Shown: positions 59,135-64,000 of the stretch, in pieces
Position numbering within the stretch: position 1 is the first letter of the stretch
Layout: the number at the start of each line of letters is the position of its first letter
IMG/VR virus record: IMGVR_UViG_3300029305_002725
Span: 36,815-100,814 of that record
Length of the DNA stretch: 64,000 nt
Reading direction: 5' to 3' (one strand)
Origin: a virus
Lineage: Duplodnaviria; Caudoviricetes
Program-made: the position numbers and the translations under genes
Notes under the pieces: generated by a model
Told to the model about the DNA's origin: nothing
Seen by the model: only the letters and a program-made list of their open reading frames with translations
The model's database searches: none

Positions 59135-59476
59135 ATGGATATGGAAATGATGATGCAACTTTTTGCATATGCGTTAGGTATTGTTTTATCAGCTGGTGCA
59201 CTATATATCGGTAACCAGTATTTAATTCCTTGGCTAAAGGCAAAGCTTGGAAATGAGCAATATGATCTTTTAATCAAGAACTTGAAAGACTTAATTGTTA
59301 TTGCCGAACAGCATTTCGGTCCAAAGACTGGTGCAGAGAAAAAGGCTTGGGTAATTGAAGAACTAAAGAAGACCGGAATTAAATTTGACGAAAAGTTCGT
59401 TAGCAATCTTATTGACGGTATGGTTTTTGTACTTCAAGTAGATGGCCTTGTCAATACAAATAAAGAAAAAGAGTAA
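59135..59476 (+). CDS. holin, LL-H-like family
   Basis: N-terminal TM, IPWLK.K, AEQ...GAEKK.WV...L. Confidence 0.75.
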   Translation: MDMEMMMQLFAYALGIVLSAGALYIGNQYLIPWLKAKLGNEQYDLLIKNLKDLIVIAEQHFGPKTGAEKKAWVIEELKKTGIKFDEKFVSNLIDGMVFVLQVDGLVNTNKEKE

Positions 59477-59482
59477 GTAATT

Positions 59483-59557
59483 CAGCTTACATATCGGAGT
59501 AGTTTTTATATGTAAGCTGGGGAGGGTTGTGCGAAAGCATGCTCTCCCCAATTTTTT
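59483..59557 (+). terminator. tandem hairpins, second with T tract
   Basis: CAGCTTACATAT...ATATGTAAGCTG, then GGGAGGG...CTCTCCC-AATTTTTT. Confidence 0.6.
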
Positions 59558-59581
59558 ATCTTAAATAAAGGAGGTATATAG

Positions 59582-62500
59582 ATGCCTTTTATTAATAAGG
59601 TTACCGTAAGAGGTACGACCTATTATTTAGAAAATTTAACAGACGGCTCTAATATTGCTAAATTGCCAACATCTGCTCAAGGATTGAAGGCCAATGACGT
59701 GATTGTTACTGAAGGTACCCTTGGAAAGTTTACAGTTACACCAAGTCAGCTAGAAGATTTTAAGAGCGAAGTTGAAATAAATTTTTCTGAATTCGAAAAA
59801 GATTTTTCTGGTAAATTTAATACACTTGAGACTGATCTTACTGGTCAGATGAACGATTTTCAGAAAGATATTAAGGACGATTTTGCAGAATTTGAGGAAG
59901 AAGTTAACAAACTAGTTAGATACGAACTTCCTGTTGCAAGCGAAAGTGTTCTTGGTGGTGTACAACCAGCAACAAAGACCGATGAAATGATACGTGAAGT
60001 TGGTGTTGATGCAGCCGGTAAACTATGGGTGGCTACTGATATCGATGCAGCAAAACAATATACTGATTCAAAAGCTTACTCTGTTGAAGTCGTAGATGCT
60101 CTACCTGCAGTTGAAGATGCAGAAGATAGAACATTTTATCTGATTCCAAAAGCATCTGGTAATGGTTATGAGAAGTATTGGAAGATTACTGATGGTAATG
60201 GTAATTCTCAGCTAGATGAATTTGCTGGATCTTCCACAGAAATTGTGTCAGAACTTCCTGTTGAGGGTGAGATTGATGTTGACTACATTCTGTATGATGG
60301 TAACGTGTGCCTATATTACAAGTGGATTAGCGGCAACTGGTGCATGGTTGCCGGTTCTGTCGCTAAAATTGTGGACACCGTTGAAGGAGAAGTTGGCAAT
60401 GAATATACCGATTATTATATTAAAAATGGAGATATTTATTTTCATTACCGTTGGGATAATGAAACTTCTCGCTTCGTAATGGTTGGTAGTGATAGTTATG
60501 ACAAGACTGAAATTGATGCAAAATTTACAGCCGTAAGTGATACTTTTGCGACAAAAGAAGAGCTAGGCGTTGCACAAGATATTGCAGTTACTAACGCAGA
60601 AAAAATTGAAGATGTCAAAACTGATATTAAAGCAATTAATAAAACAATTTCTGAAATGAAGGGTGATAATGAAAATCTTATCATTCAATATAATGAGGTT
60701 GGTAGTGTTCTTCATTTATATGAAAAAGATGAAAATGGTGAAATTACAATTGTTGATGGCGACAAAGAGATTAAAGTAAAAGAAATTTATTCCACTATTA
60801 TTGTAGGCGGAGGCGGAGGCGGTGACGCTTTAGTTTCTACTATTAAAATGGGATTAGACGTAGATGGAGACAAAAATCTAAAAGTTTTATACGGAAATAC
60901 CGTTTCGCTAGATTATGTTTTATCAACACGTAAAGCTAAGACTGTTGAAGATGAAAATGGTAAAGAAATAACTGTGTATGAAGAAGCTGTTATCCCTGGA
61001 GATATCACAATTTCTCTATATAAGGATAATATTTATCAAACACACTTTATTGTTAAAAAGACAGAATTGACTGTGCAAAAGGGCAGTTTTGATGTAACTA
61101 AATATGTATCTTTAGGTTCACAGGTTCTAAGTCTTAAGGCTACATATATAGAACAATTAGGTTCTGGTGAAGAAACAATTACTGTTAGAGCGGGTGCAGA
61201 CTGGAGTATTGAAGCTGTTAATTTAAAACTAATTGACCTACCAGACAATCAATGGGAAACTACTGTGAAAACTAGTAGCACTACATTTTATTGTACGCCA
61301 GTTGGCGATCTAGAAAAGAAAGTATATTTCCAAATTGATGATGCGGAACCAGAAGTTAAAATTACTAAATTCAATGGCACTCCAATGCCATACACTATTA
61401 AAATGCAGTCACATGGTGTGCATACTTTACGTATATGGTGTACTGGTGAAATTGGTGGAACTACTATTTCAACAGATGTTTATAAATATATTTTAATGTT
61501 CAAAGAAAGTGGCAATAATACACCAATTATTAGAATTAAAGCGCCTGAAACTTTAGAACAATATTCTGCTGCAAATATTTATTATAATGTCATTGATCCG
61601 CTAAATGATGTTATTGATGAGGTAACTATTTGCGATGACGATGGAACTGTTTTGTCATCTGTGGCAAACATTACTTCTGCAGAACAAACTTATGAATTTA
61701 AACCTACTGTTGCAAAAAATACAACAATTACTATTAAATATAAAGACAAAACAGAGTCTGTAAATATTGATGTTACTAAATTCCCATATGAAATTAGTGC
61801 AGTTACAAAAGATCTAATGCTAGACTTTGTTCCTACTGGTAGAACAAATTCTGATGTAGACTATAATGTATTTAAGAATAATGCTTATTCTATTGAGCTA
61901 GACGACGAGACTGGTGAAGAAATTCAAAAGGAAATTCCTATGACTTGGAGTTTTTCTGATAATTTTGACTGGATTAATGGCGGTTGGCAAAGAGATGAAG
62001 CGGGAGATACCTACTTCTGTGTAAAAGCAGGTACTCATGTTGCATTTAATTATAAGCTATTTGAAAATGCAAATACTGTAGCACAAAAGGATGCATATGG
62101 AAACTATTCTATTCCAGGCATTGGTAAGGAATTTAAAATAATCTTCAAGACAACAAATGTTGCTCGTTCTGATGCAGAATGGTTAACATGTTATGGACCA
62201 ACCGAAGATGGATATGATGCTGGTATTAGAATGGAAGTTCACAATGGCTATATTTCTTCTAATATTGGTACTTTAGAGATTCCTTATAGTGAAGAAGATA
62301 TTATTGAATTTGACACCAACATTGTCCCTATTTCTGAATTTAGTGCAAATTTTGAACCACAATTTACTTCAAAGAATATTCCAATGGTTCTAACATATGA
62401 AGACGGCACCCCTGTTCAGCCCATGGTTATTACAAGTGCGTCCACTTCATTCCAGCAAGAAGATGCCGTTCCTATTACTATTGGTTCTGATTATTGTGAT

Positions 62501-64000
62501 GTTCATATTTATCGTATGAAGATATATGATAGATATTTAACTGATAAGGAAATTTTAAATAACTTTATTGCAGATGCCCGTTCTGGCGTAACTATGGCAG
62601 AAAGATATGTCAGAAATGATATTTATACTGTTGATGGCCAGCTAGATCCAGAAACATTAGCAAAGAAATGCCCCGATCTATTTGTATATGTTTTGTCTGC
62701 TCCTAAGTTTACAAATGATAAAAAAGATAAGGTTGAAAATACCACTATTAGACAGTATAAGTATGATGCTAAGACAGGTTCATGGCCTATTGAATATAAC
62801 TGGACTGCGACTGGAGCGATCCACAATGGCCAGGGTACTTCCTCTAATGAGTATGGTTACGCAAGTAGAAACCTAGAGTTCAATATGAAGAAGGCTACCA
62901 TTACTTTGGGCGACAATTCAACTGTTGTTAAAAATATTCAAATGTCTGATACTTCTGTACCGACTAATTATTTGAATTTAAAGGTAAATGTCGCTTCTTC
63001 CGAACATGGTAACAATTCACTATTACAAAAGCGTTATGATAGATACTTACCATATACTACATTGGCAGCAGAAAAAGATGATAGAGCTAAAAACTCTATG
63101 GAATTCTTTAACTGTGTTGTATTTATTCAGGAAACTGGAGATGAGACACACAGAGAATTCAGCGATAAAGACGTGCATTTTTATGCGATTGGTAACATCG
63201 GTGATTCAAAGAAAACCGACGATTCAAGAGCTAATGATCCAGATGATGTAAATGAGTTCTGCGTTGAAATTATGGACTGGAATAGAGACTTGTCTGAATT
63301 CCCAGCAGAAACCCGCCTATTTGCGGCGCATACTATTGGTTATGTCAAAGCAGAGGAAGATGACTTAACTGTTGAAAATCTATCTAATCTATATGAAAAA
63401 GTAGAATTACCAGAAGGAACATCTTATGAAAAGACTTCCGATAGTGATATTAATCCTTCGACTACCTACTATGTCAAGACTGAAACTATTAAGTATATTG
63501 ACTTGTTAAAACCAGAAAATTGTGGTGAAAATGGCATTGTTTATGAAAAGAATGCTAACGGAGAACTCGTTCATTGTATGGACACTGTAATGGACTTTAC
63601 AAAGGATTATTATGTTGATGTCCTTGAGGGTGACGATTTTAGTGAAGATTATACTTATGGATTCAGATACATTCAAAAAGAGTGGGATGAAGACGATGGT
63701 TCCGATTATAAGGAAAAGAATGAAGCATTCCAAAAACCTCTACGTCAAAAATGGATTGAGTTCTATCGTTTTGTAACCCGTGATTTAACGACTAATGGCA
63801 AAGAAGACAAAGCAAAAGTCGATGCATGGAAGAAAGAGTTTGAGGATTGGTTTATCCTAGATTCTGCTTTGTATTACTATCTATATACTTTGAGATATAC
63901 CATGGTCGACAACAGAGCCAAGAACTCATTCTATCATTACGGCAAATGTCCTGATGGCAAATACAGATTTGAGTTCTGGGCGTACGATATGGATACAGCT
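59582..64000 (+). CDS. giant protein (>1473 aa, truncated by window): fibre-like N-terminus, beta-rich domains, LamG-like domain, CotH-like kinase domain
   Basis: ATG behind AAGGAGGT; same frame at both ends; hand-translated motifs ITIGSD.CDVHIYRMKIYDR.L, QGTSS..Y..RN, LKVNVASSE, DNRAKN, WAYDMDTA. Confidence 0.8.
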   Translation, partial: MPFINKVTVRGTTYYLENLTDGSNIAKLPTSAQGLKANDVIVTEGTLGKFTVTPSQLEDFKSEVEINFSEFEKDFSGKFNTLETDLTGQMNDFQKDIKDDFAEFEEEVNKLVRYELPVASESVLGGVQPATKTDEMIREVGVDAAGKLWVATDIDAAKQYTDSKAYSVEVVDALPAVEDAEDRTFYLIPKASGNGYEKYWKITDGNGNSQLDEFAGSSTEIVSELPVEGEIDVDYILYDGNVCLYYKWISGNWCMVAGSVAKIVDTVEGEVGNEYTDYYIKNGDIYFHYRWDNETSRFVMVGSDSYDKTEIDAKFTAVSDTFATKEELGVAQDIAVTNAEKIEDVKTDIKAINKTISEMKGDNENLIIQYNEVGSVLHLYEKDENGEITIVDGDKEIKVKEIYSTIIVGGGGGGDALVSTIKMGLDVDGDKNLKVLYGNTVSLDYVLSTRKAKTVEDENGKEITVYEEAVIPGDITISLYKDNIYQTHFIVKKTELTVQKGSFDVTKYVSLGSQVLSLKATYIEQLGSGEETITVRAGADWSIEAVNLKLIDLPDNQWETTVKTSSTTFYCTPVGDLEKKVYFQIDDAEPEVKITKFNGTPMPYTIKMQSHGVHTLRIWCTGEIGGTTISTDVYKYILMFKESGNNTPIIRIKAPETLEQYSAANIYYNVIDPLNDVIDEVTICDDDGTVLSSVANITSAEQTYEFKPTVAKNTTITIKYKDKTESVNIDVTKFPYEISAVTKDLMLDFVPTGRTNSDVDYNVFKNNAYSIELDDETGEEIQKEIPMTWSFSDNFDWINGGWQRDEAGDTYFCVKAGTHVAFNYKLFENANTVAQKDAYGNYSIPGIGKEFKIIFKTTNVARSDAEWLTCYGPTEDGYDAGIRMEVHNGYISSNIGTLEIPYSEEDIIEFDTNIVPISEFSANFEPQFTSKNIPMVLTYEDGTPVQPMVITSASTSFQQEDAVPITIGSDYCDVHIYRMKIYDRYLTDKEILNNFIADARSGVTMAERYVRNDIYTVDGQLDPETLAKKCPDLFVYVLSAPKFTNDKKDKVENTTIRQYKYDAKTGSWPIEYNWTATGAIHNGQGTSSNEYGYASRNLEFNMKKATITLGDNSTVVKNIQMSDTSVPTNYLNLKVNVASSEHGNNSLLQKRYDRYLPYTTLAAEKDDRAKNSMEFFNCVVFIQETGDETHREFSDKDVHFYAIGNIGDSKKTDDSRANDPDDVNEFCVEIMDWNRDLSEFPAETRLFAAHTIGYVKAEEDDLTVENLSNLYEKVELPEGTSYEKTSDSDINPSTTYYVKTETIKYIDLLKPENCGENGIVYEKNANGELVHCMDTVMDFTKDYYVDVLEGDDFSEDYTYGFRYIQKEWDEDDGSDYKEKNEAFQKPLRQKWIEFYRFVTRDLTTNGKEDKAKVDAWKKEFEDWFILDSALYYYLYTLRYTMVDNRAKNSFYHYGKCPDGKYRFEFWAYDMDTA

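Noticed and set aside
60216-63733. Short ORFs listed in the track at the right end
   Set aside because: Shadow ORFs of the long open frame starting at 59582.

Overview
This window is part of a large, AT-rich tailed phage of Bacillota, probably Clostridia-infecting. Its gene order resembles Bacillus phage SPbeta. Positions 1-4.2 kb hold a leftward operon of small early-type genes, punctuated by sequence-related RNA hairpins. Positions 4.2-6.2 kb are mostly non-coding, with a strand switch, tandem NrdR-like boxes, a strong A/C skew and a wHTH gene flanked by repeats. Positions 6.2-13.2 kb are rightward accessory ORFs. Then come a YonO-type DFDGD RNA polymerase, HU, a metallophosphoesterase, a candidate structured ncRNA, terminase, portal, protease/scaffold, capsid and head-tail/tail genes (13-32 kb). 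Positions 33-56 kb are an unusually long array of fibre, adaptor, receptor-binding and chaperone genes. In it the C-terminal motif of one gene repeatedly predicts the N-terminal motif of the next, suggesting branched or segmented fibres built by a docking code. Two endolysins, two holins and two free-standing Vsr-like endonucleases follow. A giant (>1473 aa) ORF with a LamG-like and a CotH-like kinase domain, missing from the ORF track, runs off the right end. Abundant late genes use CTA for almost all Leu codons. No tRNA, rRNA, CRISPR, integrase, reverse transcriptase or tape-measure gene was seen. All family calls are from motif recognition and synteny by eye; no searches were run.
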